Source of the DNA: Mytilus trossulus
Taxonomy: Eukaryota
Direction of reading: 5' to 3'
Assembly (NCBI RefSeq): GCF_036588685.1
Contig: NC_086377.1
Location: 13,392,001 to 13,456,000, forward strand
DNA: 64,000 bases
Part shown: positions 1 to 13,123 of the stretch, one piece after another
Layout of the letters: the number at the start of each line of letters is the position of its first letter
Numbering within the stretch: the first letter of the stretch is position 1
Program-made: the position numbers and the translations under genes
Notes under the pieces: model-generated
Databases searched by the model: none
What the model was told of the DNA's origin: nothing
What the model saw: only the letters and a program-made list of their open reading frames with translations

Positions 1-1150
1 TTTTGACGTCATTTTAGAAAATATATGACGCCACATTGGAAAAGTTATTGTTGTATGACATCGAAAAATCCAGCAGAATAGATTTCCGAAAAGCGATACG
101 TGTATTCTTCCTTGGGATTTATTTGAAATGTAAAACTAAATATTTATAGTTATGAATACTAATACGTGTATTATTAATTGTGTGTTAAACGTTTTACAAA
201 CCTTTGTTTTCTCACTGTGATACGAATTTTTTTAACTCACTATGAAACATTTTTCAAAGATGTTTGTTCAAATGTATATTGAATTTTTGTTGAAAATATC
301 AAACATAATTTTATATGCTTTCTTTTCTCTCCAGCTTGAAAATATGAGATCAATAGATTATTAAATGTGATTTTTCATGTTAGCCTTGGTATCAGCCCAC
401 GACCCATATCAAGCCCTTGGGCTCAAGTCTTCTGTCTTGATATGGGAGTCTAGGGCTGATACCATGACCAATATGGATAATGCCATGTAATAATCTATAA
501 ATATTTTTCTGCTTTGCAAATTATTCACGGTCCATTTTGCCATTCACTAAGTACGAAATAGAGATTTACATCTTCAAACTGGAAACATCTTAGTTCAAAC
601 TGTATATTTTTCGCCTTCAAAGTAAAATAAGAAAATATGATTTAACTCCATACTATACAATATGGACCAAATAACGTACATGTGAGCAAATATAAATCGT
701 AGTGATTTTAAGACTGAGCAAAGTACAAACCGGTCAGTCAGCTACTCTTGACACGTGACCAAATGTAAACAATTCAAACGTGGAAATTACTTCCAGATTT
801 GTGACAAATCATTCGTCGGAAATCAAATTGAATAAGGAATATAGGTAGGGTCACATTTTTCCTGACATCACAATATGATATTCAGAAAACAGCTAATAAA
901 ATTTAACGTCAAAATAGCGTTCATCATTTACGTTTTGATTACCAGAACTAATCACTTGTTTTGAAAATATATTCGATAGTTCGAAAAAGGTATGAATCGG
1001 GTCAGAATCAGAACACAAATTTACAGACAGCAAATATTAATGTATGTGACGATATTTCAATTGATATTAAAACAGTGTTTCTAAATATATACTAGTTAAT
1101 TCATGTTTATAATTTCTCTTCTTCATCTAATAGTTATTTACATTTTTTAG

Positions 1151-1166
1151 TGCAACCTTTGTTTAA
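1151..1166 (+). CDS. Terminal coding exon of an upstream C-type lectin paralog (rest of gene lies before the window)
   Basis: ttttttag|T GCA ACC TTT GTT TAA encodes (D)ATFV*. It matches gene A's last exon (D)ATFI* at 20080-20095, with a similar 3' UTR and AATAAA at 1231. Confidence 0.8.
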
Positions 1167-3002
1167 GACTTTGGTCAAAGAAACAGAAAGAGTACACCAA
1201 AACTCGACATGGAACATTTGACACTGCTTAAATAAATATATCTTCAATTTTAAATGACAAACTATAATGTTTAGCTCTTTGATACACATATGTGTTCTGG
1301 TATCCTGTATTTTCGGTGCCAGTAGAAAAGATCAAAATCTGATTCCATGCCCTGAGCACCTGGGCTAATTCCCGGTTTTCGTAGAAGGGAATTCATGCGT
1401 TAACAAAAAGAAATCTCAATAACTGTGATACAATCTGTGTGTATGGTAAGCTGTTTTCTTGCAGAAAAAGCAGAAAAGAAGGGTCTGCTTCTATCATACC
1501 CGTGTATCTGAATTAAATACATAATTTTTGAGAAGGTAATTCATGTTGCTTAAGAAACGTTTGCTATGAAGTGTTTTCTATTTGTAATTTATTGCATCGT
1601 CGTTTTTCGTTCTTTTAATTGAAATTATCAAACGAGATTTTAACGAGAATTTACTACTGTAGGCTGAATAACATATTATATATGATATTTCATAACTGGC
1701 CAAAATCGGTTCAATGCATCACAAATTTAAAAGAAATTGAAAATAATTGAAAATAACACTTTATTCATTTCTGTATGCTATAAATATACGAAGATGTGGT
1801 GTGTGTGCCAATGATACAACTCTTCATACCAGTCTGTACTTATAATGTACAAAGAACGCTGAGTTGAGATTATAAAACATGTGTTTCATGTGATATGATC
1901 TGCGGAGTCATATGATCCAAATAGATAACAATAGCTCATATTTTGCTTGTGGGAGTTGTGACAACTTTTCTCGATAATTTCCAATATCTTACCTTTAAAA
2001 AAATTTGTAGGAATTTAGAAAAGTAGCGAATAAGTCAATCAGAAACAGAAGCATTGCCTCATAAAAAATTAAAATAGCTTAATATCAGTTGTATATACCC
2101 ACCGGAGTTAATAAATGTAGCATCTACCACTGTATTTGAAAATTTAACTGTCTCGAATGGGTTAATATCTCATCACACACGATTTTGGGGTGGAATCTGT
2201 TTCTCTAATGATTTTATACGATATGCAGACAAACTCAATCCTTCCTTTCAAATGATTCGCAAAAAAATGTGTTCTTGTAGTGTTACGTTATCTAACATGG
2301 TCGCTTTTGATGATGACGTCACAATAAAAAATTCAGAGGAAAGCATGAAAATTTGTACCAGTATGAATTAAATCAAACGAATAATCAACAGGTCAGGACA
2401 AATCGTGTACGAATTAAAGAAATGACAATAACACAATATAAATAATGTGCGTCTGTTTTTTTTCCCTCTGTTACATTCCAACCCCAATACTTGAAAGTCA
2501 GCGACAGCGACAGATAACTACATACCTAAGATTCATATGACCGAAAGTGATGTAACGAGAATACCACATTTTTTTTAAAGTTACAAATCTAATGAAACAC
2601 AAACCAGGTAAATTGAGAAATTAAAGCTATAATTTTGATAAAACACACAATTTCCTATATCTAAATCAACAATATTTTACATAAATTACATACAACTTTC
2701 AAAATTTGCACATTTTATGAAATATCTAATAATAATGAAAGACCAAAGTTATCTTCTTCTTCAAAATCCAAGATGGAGGAACACACCCGAGCCACCATCA
2801 AAGTAGTGCCGAATTTAGAAAGGACATAAGGTCAAAATTCATATGAAGTGATGTTTTCTATTTTGATAACAAATTTGACCGATACTCAACCCGATATATA
2901 TTTCTGTGTACAGTTTCCCTACAGTCAAACATTTCAAGGAAGACTTATTATAGAACACGCTTCTTTTTCTCATTGTGATTAATAGGGCATTGAACTAATT
3001 GA

Positions 3003-3010
3003 TATAAAAG
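3003..3010 (+). promoter_or_regulatory. Candidate TATA box of gene A
   Basis: TATAAAAG about 55 nt upstream of the candidate ATG and donor of exon 1. Confidence 0.4.
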
Positions 3011-3062
3011 TACACAATTTAAAGATATATACATCTGGAAATTTTGTAATGTATGTTCCAAG

Positions 3063-3080
3063 ATGTCTATATTTTTTCAG
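3063..3080 (+). CDS. Gene A candidate exon 1 (MSIFFQ, start of signal peptide)
   Basis: ATG TCT ATA TTT TTT CAG|gtaagt is a consensus phase-0 donor. Splicing to 11481 gives MSIFFQISLVFLVGFTLIPSQ, a plausible signal peptide. It requires an 8.4-kb intron. Confidence 0.55.
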
Positions 3081-4944
3081 GTAAGTTTAAAGTTTGACGG
3101 TAATTGTCATGTGCCAAATAAATCTATTCACGCGCGTTTAATGTCTATTATTATTGACGGACTTCTTTTTTTTAGGCATTTTACTTTAAGAATATTCTTA
3201 ATGATGTGATTTAAACATCATGTGACACATATGTACGATTATATAATTTATATTATCTGATTTCCTTAATCGCCAGTGTGCATGTATATCAAGCATTATA
3301 ATTTTAGTTTTGATTTTAAACTGTAATGTCTGTTTGTTTTGTTTACACATTAATGTTAATATAAAGGAATTGTATGCGACTGTCATACAAGTGAGAGGTT
3401 CATCTAGTAATAAAACCAGGTTTAAGCTACATGAGGTAATGCTTGTACCAATTCAGGAATATCTCAGTTGTTTTTCCACATGTTTGACGTGTTTGAGCTT
3501 TTGACTTCGCCATTTGATAAAGGAGTTTCCTGTAATTTCCTTGGAGTTCTGTTATTTTGTTGGTTTTTTTTCAGTGAGAAATTGTCTTTTTGTTAAATAC
3601 AGTTCCAATCAATTAAGTTCAACATTTGTCATACTTATATATCAATCCACAATTTACGTCCCACGTAACGTCACCTTGTAAGGAAAACAAACTAAAATTT
3701 GAAAGTTCAAAACTTCAAATCAAATTTAACAACGGGAATAATTGACCTCCTATATAAGATTCAAATATTAAAACTTCTGTTGAGAATTTTTTTTAATTTC
3801 TTTTTTGCATTAGTTTGATACTGTTTCTTTTTAGGGGTCGTCGTCAGTGCATTATTTAATCATATATAAATTTTTTAAATTTAAATTGATAGTTAACAAT
3901 AGGATAAAAACGTGTTGACATTCATTTTCCGCAATTTAAAAAAATCAAAAGCTCTAATTTTGTTGGTCCCGAACACGTTCATATATTCAAATTTAAATTA
4001 GACTCTTTTATGTAAGGAGCTTAAATAACTACTATTTAAACAGTTTCTCTCAGTCACGTTTGTGTATTAAATAGTAGATGACAGTTAACTCAAAAATAAG
4101 CATTGTGACACAGAAATGTCTTTTTGATTTTTTCTTAACGTGAATCATCGAGGTTCGGATATAAAATTGCATTATAAGGACGTTTTGAGGTAGGTGTTTT
4201 CAATATTTTTTTATACTTACAAATTACTGAAGAAACGCGAACTATCGCACCTGAGACGAGCACACTTACCACACCAACACCTGATTGTGAAAAAACAAAA
4301 TTAATAACCAAATTTACCAGAAACCATATAGCTTATGATATGAAAACAAAACTTAATAGTTAAACCGGAGAAATACGTTCAGTGCTACATGGTGAGCAGA
4401 ATCTGATTACTCGTTCAGAGCACCTCAAATCACCCCAGTTTTTGGAAGGAATTTGTATTGCTAAGTCTTAAGTTTTCTATGTTGTGTTTTGTGTACATTT
4501 CCTGTATTTTTGTCTTTTTTAGCCATGGCGCTGTCCGTTTCCTTTCAAAAATATATCTGCATATATAATGTTCAACTACTAGTTGTAATGTTAACAAGAC
4601 ATTGTGTGGGAATTTTTCGATAGCCAAAAATCATTTGCCAAGATTCAGGAATATTTAAAAAAAACCAACATATTATCAAAAATCAATTTAAATTAAAAAA
4701 AGTTTACAAAATCTATAAAATCAAACGCCCGGGAACGCAATATCTTTGGAACGAATGGAAAACATATTATAACGATAGTAAATGTATTACTTGAGGACAA
4801 TGGTTTTTAAACCTGGGTTTTCTAGCTAGCTTTCGAAAAAAGAAGCATACAAATCTTGCTGAAATCTTAAACTTCATTTATATATTTACAATTTGAAACC
4901 AGCTAAGTTTTAGAGACCCAATGATGAAAAAGATAAAAACTAGG

Positions 4945-5260
4945 TTGAATGAATGAACGAATTAATCTTTATTGCAAAGCATAGACATGCTATGGCAAAA
5001 TAAACAACATATATAACATAATATAAAACATGAATAGACAACAGAAAACAATAGTATAATACAATGACATATAAATTATGTTATGAGACTATATAAGATC
5101 GAATATTCCATGCAGCTTTAACATAAATACATAATTTGATCGTGAGAGACTTACTAGAAACTAGGTTCACCATATAGCTTTTAATAATGAACAAAACTAT
5201 GCTGCTTGAAAATCTATTTAAGTTTATAAATCAGACGGAAAATATATTAAACGAGCCCGA
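4945..5260 (-). mobile_element. 3' end of a CR1/L2-like LINE
   Basis: The minus strand ends ...KLCIYVKAAWNIRSYIVS*, then a short UTR, AATAAA and a (CATT)n tail. Confidence 0.5.
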
Positions 5261-6061
5261 TTAATGTACAAGACAAAGAAAGAACAAATAAGGTATAAAG
5301 CAGTTAACGGCAACATCTAAATTACAGACTCCAACCATTAAACTGGTACTAACAGAACTACCTATACATATGAAAATAGAAATAACTACAGTAAAATAAT
5401 ATTGGATAATGTACCCGGACTCAATCAATGTGTGTATGAGTAGCAATTCTTATATGACTTGCCTCTTTCGCTTCGTTAACAATATCGTGATAACTTTCTC
5501 GATATATCCATTCTTAGCGCAAAATTCAGGGATATACAGTATACATCTTATACAATGTTATAACGGATTTTACAATTTACGTCCAACTTAAATTCACATT
5601 TATTTTAACATATATGCAAACGCTATGCCGATTTCGCTGTGTAAAATTTGCAATTGAAAAAGCTTTACTTTTATTATAATCCTTGTGCATAACTAAAAGA
5701 GGGAAAATAGGAACTTTTTTCTTTTAGAATGTTTCGAAACAAATCTATACGATATTATGCTGGGCCTACTTTTTGCTTCGGGAATGCCTTTGCGGTTGCC
5801 AAGTAAAAGAATACAACAATTGTTTTCTAGTTATTCCAGTATTTGGTTAAGTCGGGCGTTTGATTGTGTCAGATTTAAGGGACATCAACTTTTTCAAATT
5901 ACCATGAAATTTAACTTTTTATACGGATATGTTTGAAAAAAGTTAGAATACATGCCATGTGATTATCCGCATTCAAAATTGTAATGAATCAAACACAAAA
6001 CAAGCAATCAATCAAGCCTGACAATTTCAAACTGGATTCTAAGTCTAATTTGCCTTAACAT

Positions 6062-6139
6062 TGATTGATTGATTGTTGGTTGCTTTACGCCGCATTAGCA
6101 CAAAAAGGCTATATCGCGGCGAGAGCTAATTCGAATATT
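6062..6139 (-). mobile_element. Extremely 5'-truncated (78 bp) copy of the I-group LINE
   Basis: Matches the LINE 3' end at 34108; 16-bp TSD TAATTTGCCTTAACAT at 6046-6061 and 6140-6155. Confidence 0.9.
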
Positions 6140-6872
6140 TAATTTGCCTTAACATAAATACATTTATCATGCTTTGGATAAAGTAGAAATCAGACCTTAT
6201 ATTACATATAGAAACTCTCTTAACCTAATCCTTTCACAACAAATGAAAGGACTTTATAATTGAAGATTTCCTATGCGTGTACCCATTAGAAAACAGAAAA
6301 TCTATAGTCATTTGATATATTGTATTAATACCTGTCTTTGTCTAAAATAGATATAGGAAGGTGTGGTATGAGTGCCAATAAGACAACTCTCCATCCAAGT
6401 CACAATTTTTTTAAATAAACCATTATAGGTCAAGGTATGGTCTTCAACACGGAACCTAGGTTCACCCCGAACAGCAAGCTATAAATGACCCTAAAAATTA
6501 CTAATGTGAAACCATTCAAACGGGAAAACCAACTGTCTAATCTATATAAAAAAAACAGAAACACTTATGAATCACACAAACGACAACCACTGAACATCAG
6601 AATCCTGACTTAATATGCCTGCATTAGAAAATGACAAGGAAATCGTATTGGATAATAAGGTCACAGATGCAACTGGTATAGAAGTTTATAACTTAGAAAA
6701 TATATACTAGTATGCCACTTTTGCTACGTCTTTTGTAAAATGTCTCTCTCGTCGAGGTAAAACATTTTCTTCTATTCTTATAATAATTTGTTCCATATTG
6801 AGTCTTGTGAGTGCAATGTCTTTTATTTATGACTGTCTTACCAATTGGGCATACCACTTATAAGTAGTTCTA

Positions 6873-7495
6873 AGGGCATACGATACAGTTACATGAGAGG
6901 TAATGATGTTGCTAACGTCAATTGTTATTTTCGCGACGTTAAACTATGGCTTATCGAGAAAAGATTCAGTTTTTGACAGATTTTTATCATTCAAACTTAT
7001 TTAACTTGAAAACGAGTGCATGTGCCCCTTTTTCGAAAATGCCATTTGGTTTGATATCGTGAGAAGATTATTTGTGCTAATTTTCTTGAAAACGTTAATT
7101 GTGCGATTTTTTTACATTGATAAATATACAGCAAACATTATGGGTTTGTTTTCTACATTCATGAACATTTGATAAATATGAGTTATGTCTGAATAAATTA
7201 TGTATAAATATTAAGGATACTTATAAAATACAGAAACTACAAATCATTTAACAAAAAACAATTTATGCGTACCTTTTAAAACAAAAACGTTATGACTTTC
7301 TTTCGAAAGGAAAATTACGGCCACAAATCCGAATTTTGACCAAATAAATAAAATTTAAACCTCATTTTACAAAAAAGCAGCACATGAAAGTATATTTTTT
7401 ATAATATATTTGAATTAATTACTCAGGTAATAATAGTCTATATGGACATTTTTATCAAATGTAAAAACGGGATCAAAACTGTATGTTATGCCCTT
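6873..7495. mobile_element. Non-autonomous TIR element (MITE) at a TTAA-like site
   Basis: AAGGGCATACGATACAGTT ... AACTGTATGTTATGCCCTT inverted ends; no ORF. Confidence 0.7.
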
Positions 7496-8139
7496 AATGA
7501 CGAAACGCACTTCTATTTAAGTTGGACGTAAATTGTAAAATCCGTTATAACATTGTATAAGATGTATACTGTATATCCCTGAATTTTGCGCTAAGAATGG
7601 ATATATCGAGAAAGTTATCACGATATTGTTAACGAAGCGAAAGAGGCAAGTCATATAAGAATTGCTACTCATACACACATTGATTGAGTCCGGGTACATT
7701 ATCCAATATTATTTTACTGTAGTTATTTCTATTTTCATATGTATAGGTAGTTCTGTTAGTACCAGTTTAATGGTTGGAGTCTGTAATTTAGATGTTGCCG
7801 TTAACTGCTTTATACCTTATTTGTTCTTTCTTTGTCTTGTACATTAATCGGGCTCGTTTAATATATTTTCCGTCTGATTTATAAACTTGTGTAGTTCGTG
7901 TTGTTTCTTAATTATTATTTATAACTGTTGATGTAAATGTCCTTTGGTTTTTGTGAGTCTTTGTTCACTCCTTGGTTTTGATTGTTATTGTCTATCATAA
8001 TCTGTGATTTCGAAATTATATTACACAACTGTACAATAGAATGAAGTGTATCAGTTTTCTAAATGTGCTTTTACATTATATAAAAGTTATAATAAATAAA
8101 GAAGGTGTGCAGTTTGTATTAACCGTAAAAAAACCATTT

Positions 8140-8445
8140 TTAACCCCACCACATTATTTATGTATGTGCCTGTCCCAAGTCAGAAGCCTGTAATTCAGCG
8201 GTTGTCTTTTGTTTATGTGTTACATATTTGTTTTTCGTTCATTTTTGTACATACATAAGGCCGTTAGTTTTCTCGTTTGAATTGTTTTACATTGTCTTAT
8301 CGGACCCTTTTATAGCTGTCTATGCGGTATGGGCTTTACTAACTGTTGAAAGCCGTACGGTGACCTATAGTTGTTAATGTTTGTGTCATTTTGGTCTTTT
8401 GTGGATAGTTGACCCATTGGCAATCATACCACATCTTCTTTTTTT
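8140..8445 (+). repeat. Abundant interspersed repeat (other copies near 6350-6610 -, 18900-18995, 28645-28830, 42180-42490, 54530-54780 -)
   Basis: Shared motifs GTGCCTGTCCCAAGTCAG, GAAGGCCGTACGGTGACCTATAG and CATTGGCAATCATACCACATCTT. Confidence 0.75.
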
Positions 8446-11400
8446 ACTTTGATTTTTGTTGTTCTGCAGCTGTATGTCAAATTATGTTTGGATAAGTAAT
8501 TGTCTTATTGTTTGTACCATTACAAATCAATAATGGTCAAAATTATTTACAACTATAACCAGCTGACTATAACACAGCCAATCTTATAGTTTCCAGACGT
8601 TTACCTCTTTTAAAGTATATATTTTTATGGAACTCTTTGAAATTGTACATTTTTCCGGAAGAAAAAGTTATATTTATAATTCCCCATAGTGTGATGCGAT
8701 TCAAAAAGTTTTTGAGGAATGTTTTAAATTTTTTTAGGGAATATTTTGTATACTTTAAAAACAATTTCTTATCGTCACATTATACTTCATTTTGTGAGGT
8801 AAAAAACTAATTTTTCAAAACTTTTTTTTAATGAAATCATCAACTTTATTTTTTAATTAAATTCTAAAGTTAACTACACATTACATCAGTTTATGGTGTC
8901 GTAAAACAACCGCGAGATATTCCCTTCGAATAATGCCATCATATCGCTGTCGCCCTATGACACACTTGGTTTCCGGACAATTACTTTGCTTTAACATTTT
9001 TAAGTAAATGGATCTTTTTAAAATTTTACAAGAAAGTTCAATATCACAAACGAAATGTTGGAATGGTACTGGGTTTCATGGTACCTTTTGGTAACTATTT
9101 GGAAATAAGGGACGAACAAGGGGTCAAAATCACAGTTTCTGGACAATAACATGTGTGTAAGTGTATGGTCCTCTCTGAAATTGTACTACAAGGTTCCATT
9201 TCACAGAAGGAAGGCTAGAATTGAGATTGATGTAATTGCCCCAAAAGTTTAGAAAGTATGCGCCAATAAAGGCAATAGAAGTATACCGGTGTTTAAAAGT
9301 CTTAAATTGATTGAGTGAAAACAAATACGGGTAACAAACTAAAATCGAGGGAAACACATCATAAAAAAGAACAAAATAAAGGAACAAAAGGAACACCGAT
9401 TGCAACGAAAAACAAACGCCAACTGACAAAAAAATCAAACTCTTTGATAACAACTGCCCTATTCATGACTTGGTACACAATATTTTAAGTAAAAAACCGG
9501 TGGGTTGATCCTGGATTAATGACAAGTCAAACTTCTCGCTTAATGGCAATTTAAAACAATGAGAACACTACGTGACAGAAATACAGCACTAACACGTAAA
9601 ACATTCATCACAGAGAAAAGCACAAATGAACATTGGAGAACAATAACATACATATTTAATCAACGAAAGACACCAATTGGGCCAAAATCCAGCAATTTTC
9701 TAGTTTCCAGACAAAACCTTGACGTGTTTATGGAACTCTCTGAAATAGAACATTTTGCCTGAAGAGATAATAATTTTCAAAGATTCAAAAACGTTTGGAG
9801 GGATTTCTTTTAATTTGGGTGGGATGGAGGTTCATACCTTTTTTTCATCTAAATTTTCCAAAATATCATATTCTAAATTAAACATATTCTAGGGGTTTCC
9901 TTAAAAAAACATTGATAATTCTGATTTATATACAAAAGCAACAAATACTGATACGACAGGAGATACACTATTAACCAAGTATTGCGCATTATATCCCAGT
10001 ATTGTTCAATTACACAGTATTACGCAATAGCAAGAAATCTTCAATTTAAAATGAATACAAATCGTGTAACCAATTTCAGTGGGATATGTTTAAAGTCTTT
10101 ATTTTTGAAGGTTCTAATCTTGTATTTCTATATTGAATATTGACCCTCTTTTTGAATTGGTCTCTTTTGAGGTCCAAAGTGTCCGGAATCATTTTTTTTT
10201 TAATTCATCGGACACTGAATGAGTTGGCTTCTTTGATATGCCAAATTTGATTGTGCATATAGATTGAATGATTTGGTCCTGATTTCCAATGAGTCCACAT
10301 TAAGAATTGAGTGGTCCAAAATTAAACTTGGTATGATGTCAAATAAAATAAAAATGGTGTTTTTTATATGCTGACTCAAATTTTGTTTAATTTTGGATAT
10401 CAGACCATACTAGGTAAATTGACTGACCCATTTCAAACATTTGTGATCTTCGTATTTGTGTCAAAACATATAATATGTCAAAATATGTATTACAATCCAA
10501 ATTCAGACCGTATAAAGCTTGTATATTTTATCCAAACCTCTACAAACTGTGCAGGGTTCGACAACTGCGGTCGTATGAGGATGCACTTGGTTAAGCATTG
10601 CCTTACCTTTTTTGTACTGCTTTGATATTCTTCTGTTTATTACACGTTTCGAAGTTTTTTATATTCACATAATAACATAAGAGGTACTTTCATAACTGTA
10701 ACAGAACACGTATCAATCTGGTCATCCGGGCATTTATAATTAACTTATAGAAATTCTTTGTTTGGCTTGTGGATTATTTATGTATCTTATGTTGGTTTTT
10801 AATTATACATTTGTTATACAGCATTTGTTTGATTTACAATTAAAGCAAGATTTTACATTCTGAATCATATCACACTCTCTTGTCCTAATTGTAATGGAAA
10901 TAAAATTGAAATAGAAATAAACCTCACTGACCAAATGTATAGAAACGGATAATGACCAGTGTGTTAAATGTTGCAAAAGGTACGAAAATTATACAACCTT
11001 TTGTACTTTTATTGTTTTCACAAATTATTTAAACATGTATTGGTGAAGCAAACAATTGATAGAATTTATAAGCATTGACCATGTTTTGCAGAGGAAAGGA
11101 TGAAAAGTTAAAATTGACAGAAGAATCTAAAGCTAAATTTGCCTGACAGTTCCAATCTCAGATTTGTAAAAACTGCATTATATGCGATTTACAGTTTTAC
11201 GCACACTGCAGTTTGTATAGTCCTTTATTAACTACCACTGCAACGGCACCATCCATTTGTTACATATTACCCCAAATAACATTAACTGTTTAAATCTAAA
11301 ATTAATGTTTTATCAGTATGGTTTTTAATTCTATCGTTTTTGTATATAGCATTAAGTTGGATCGTTGGAAGCATGATTGCGGACCACCTAAGATTCTTCG

Positions 11401-11480
11401 TTTTTTTGGTCGGGTTCGTGTTGCAAGTATTTTTCTATGAATTGTTTTTTTTTATACTTTTCTGTGTCGTTTTGTTATAG

Positions 11481-11706
11481 ATATCATTGGTGTTCCTTGT
11501 GGGTTTTACCTTAATACCTAGTCAACGGATATTTCCTAATTTAGATGGAATAAATGGTCAACAAGTTATTTCAAATATTAATGGGATCAGAACTGGTACG
11601 AATATAGTGGATGACCAAGAAATCTTCACTGACCGTAATGGAATATTCGTGAGTAATGAAGTTATTGACGGGAGAGTTTCAGGCTGTCCTAGTTCACAAT
11701 CATGGG
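11481..11706 (+). CDS. Gene A exon 2 (signal peptide core, Ile/Asn/Asp-rich region)
   Basis: ttatag| acceptor and G|gtaag donor (phase 0 to 1). ISLVFLVGFTLIPSQRIFPNLDGINGQQVISNINGI...GCPSSQSW is homologous to gene B exon 42642-42834. Confidence 0.85.
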
Positions 11707-11742
11707 GTAAGGAAACAACTGAAATATGATCTAGTTTTGATT

Positions 11743-11952
11743 CTGTTGACCAACTTATATTCGTGGATACTTTATTTGGCGTTTTAGCCCTTTCTAGTCC
11801 ATTTCGCGGCGATTTAATTTAGCGAATCTTAAATTTACTTGATGAAGTTAAGTAAGAAATAATCAAAGTTTTACCAAATTCGCGACAATTTATATTCGCG
11901 ATATTTTCTACTCGCTAAAAAAAATCGCTCGCAAAAGTAAGTTGGTTTACAG
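11743..11952. mobile_element. Short MITE in intron 2 of gene A
   Basis: CTGTTGACCAACTTA ... TAAGTTGGTTTACAG inverted ends with internal TTCGCG motifs. Confidence 0.55.
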
Positions 11953-12479
11953 TGTATATGTTCACGTACCAATTATTCAAACTGTAACTATGTTTCACGG
12001 AAACAACAGCTTTTTATGCTGATATAATAAAAGTAAAATAATTAAGGAGTATCAGTATCATTGCAAAAGAGTACATTTAGACAAACAAAGACTGTACCTG
12101 GATTTCCTTCATTTGTTGTTTTATTCACAGATTATCTTTAATCTTGCATTAAAACAGTTGGTGTTATCATTAATATATAACTTTTAAAACAAAAAACTAA
12201 TAAAACAAAAGAGCAATAATGTCAACGAATATGTGAGTAAATTCTTATGGCTGTTTTTTTATCAGGTTATCATTTATGAAACATGTATTTAAATATTCAC
12301 ATTGCTCTAGCGTAAAACTGTTACCAAGGTTTACACTAACACATACAAATAAACAAATCTGTTTGAGAAAACCAGTTGAGGACTATTACAAAATCAGTTA
12401 AATGTGTTTTCGGTTGCATCCTTGATACTCCAAAAATATTGTTCAAATAATAATACGTTTCATTCATTTTTTTTTTAAG

Positions 12480-12863
12480 ACGGTGCTTTCTTAGGTGGAT
12501 TCGCAATGGGAAGGTTACTCGCGCCAATGAGTATGGCGGACGGAACCATGATGACAACAGGACAAATAATGATTATGAATTTTATGAACATTTTAACAGG
12601 AAGTCCAATGGCCCCAGTGATTTGCCAACCACAATCAATTTCAACCACTTGTCCCCAGCAACCAACCACGACGCCTTGTCCGCTACAACCAGCAACGTCA
12701 ACTTGTCCCCAACATCCAACTACGACGCCTCGTCCCCAACAACTAAACTTGGCGCCTTGTCCCACTCAACAAACTACGACGCCTTGTCCACCACAACAAT
12801 TAACGACGCCTTGTCCCCAACAACCAAATACAACGCCTTGTCCTACACCACCTCCAGAAAGAA
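12480..12863 (+). CDS. Gene A exon 3 (Met-rich hydrophobic block plus CPQQPTTTP-type repeat stalk)
   Basis: ttttaag| acceptor and A|gttagt donor (phase 1/1). DGAFLGGFAMGRLLAPMSMADGTMMTTGQ... is homologous to gene B exon 43659-43859. Confidence 0.9.
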
Positions 12864-13123
12864 GTTAGTTTTCATAATATTTTTGCTTCAATGCATGATA
12901 GTTGCTTTTACATTTGGTATTCCTTTTACTTTACACTTCATAATCCGTCTACAAACGCAAGCCATACAATTGCAGATGCGTTTAAGAATACTGTTTTGTT
13001 TTGTTTGTGATTTTGTTTCAGATACATGTATATGGAATTCTCTGGTGTTATCAATGCTCGGTGCTCATACAAAATTGTGCCCGGTGACCCTTGATTTCTT
13101 TTCATAATTTTATTACATATAAT

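Larger units (their letters stand above)
5220..7888. repeat. Inverted duplication: 5220-5593 is the reverse complement of 7515-7888 (~374 bp)
   Basis: Identical translated ORFs appear on opposite strands (5261-/7662+, 5409+/7517-); junctions were read directly. Confidence 0.95.

Noticed and set aside
5261-7847. Four short ORFs appearing as duplicated genes
   Set aside because: They arise from the inverted duplication of AT-rich sequence, with no protein motifs or splice support.
12475-13107. ORFs 12475-12765 (-) and 12622-13107 (+)
   Set aside because: Shadow frames of the 27-bp coding repeat; only the 12506 frame matches gene B and the splice phases.
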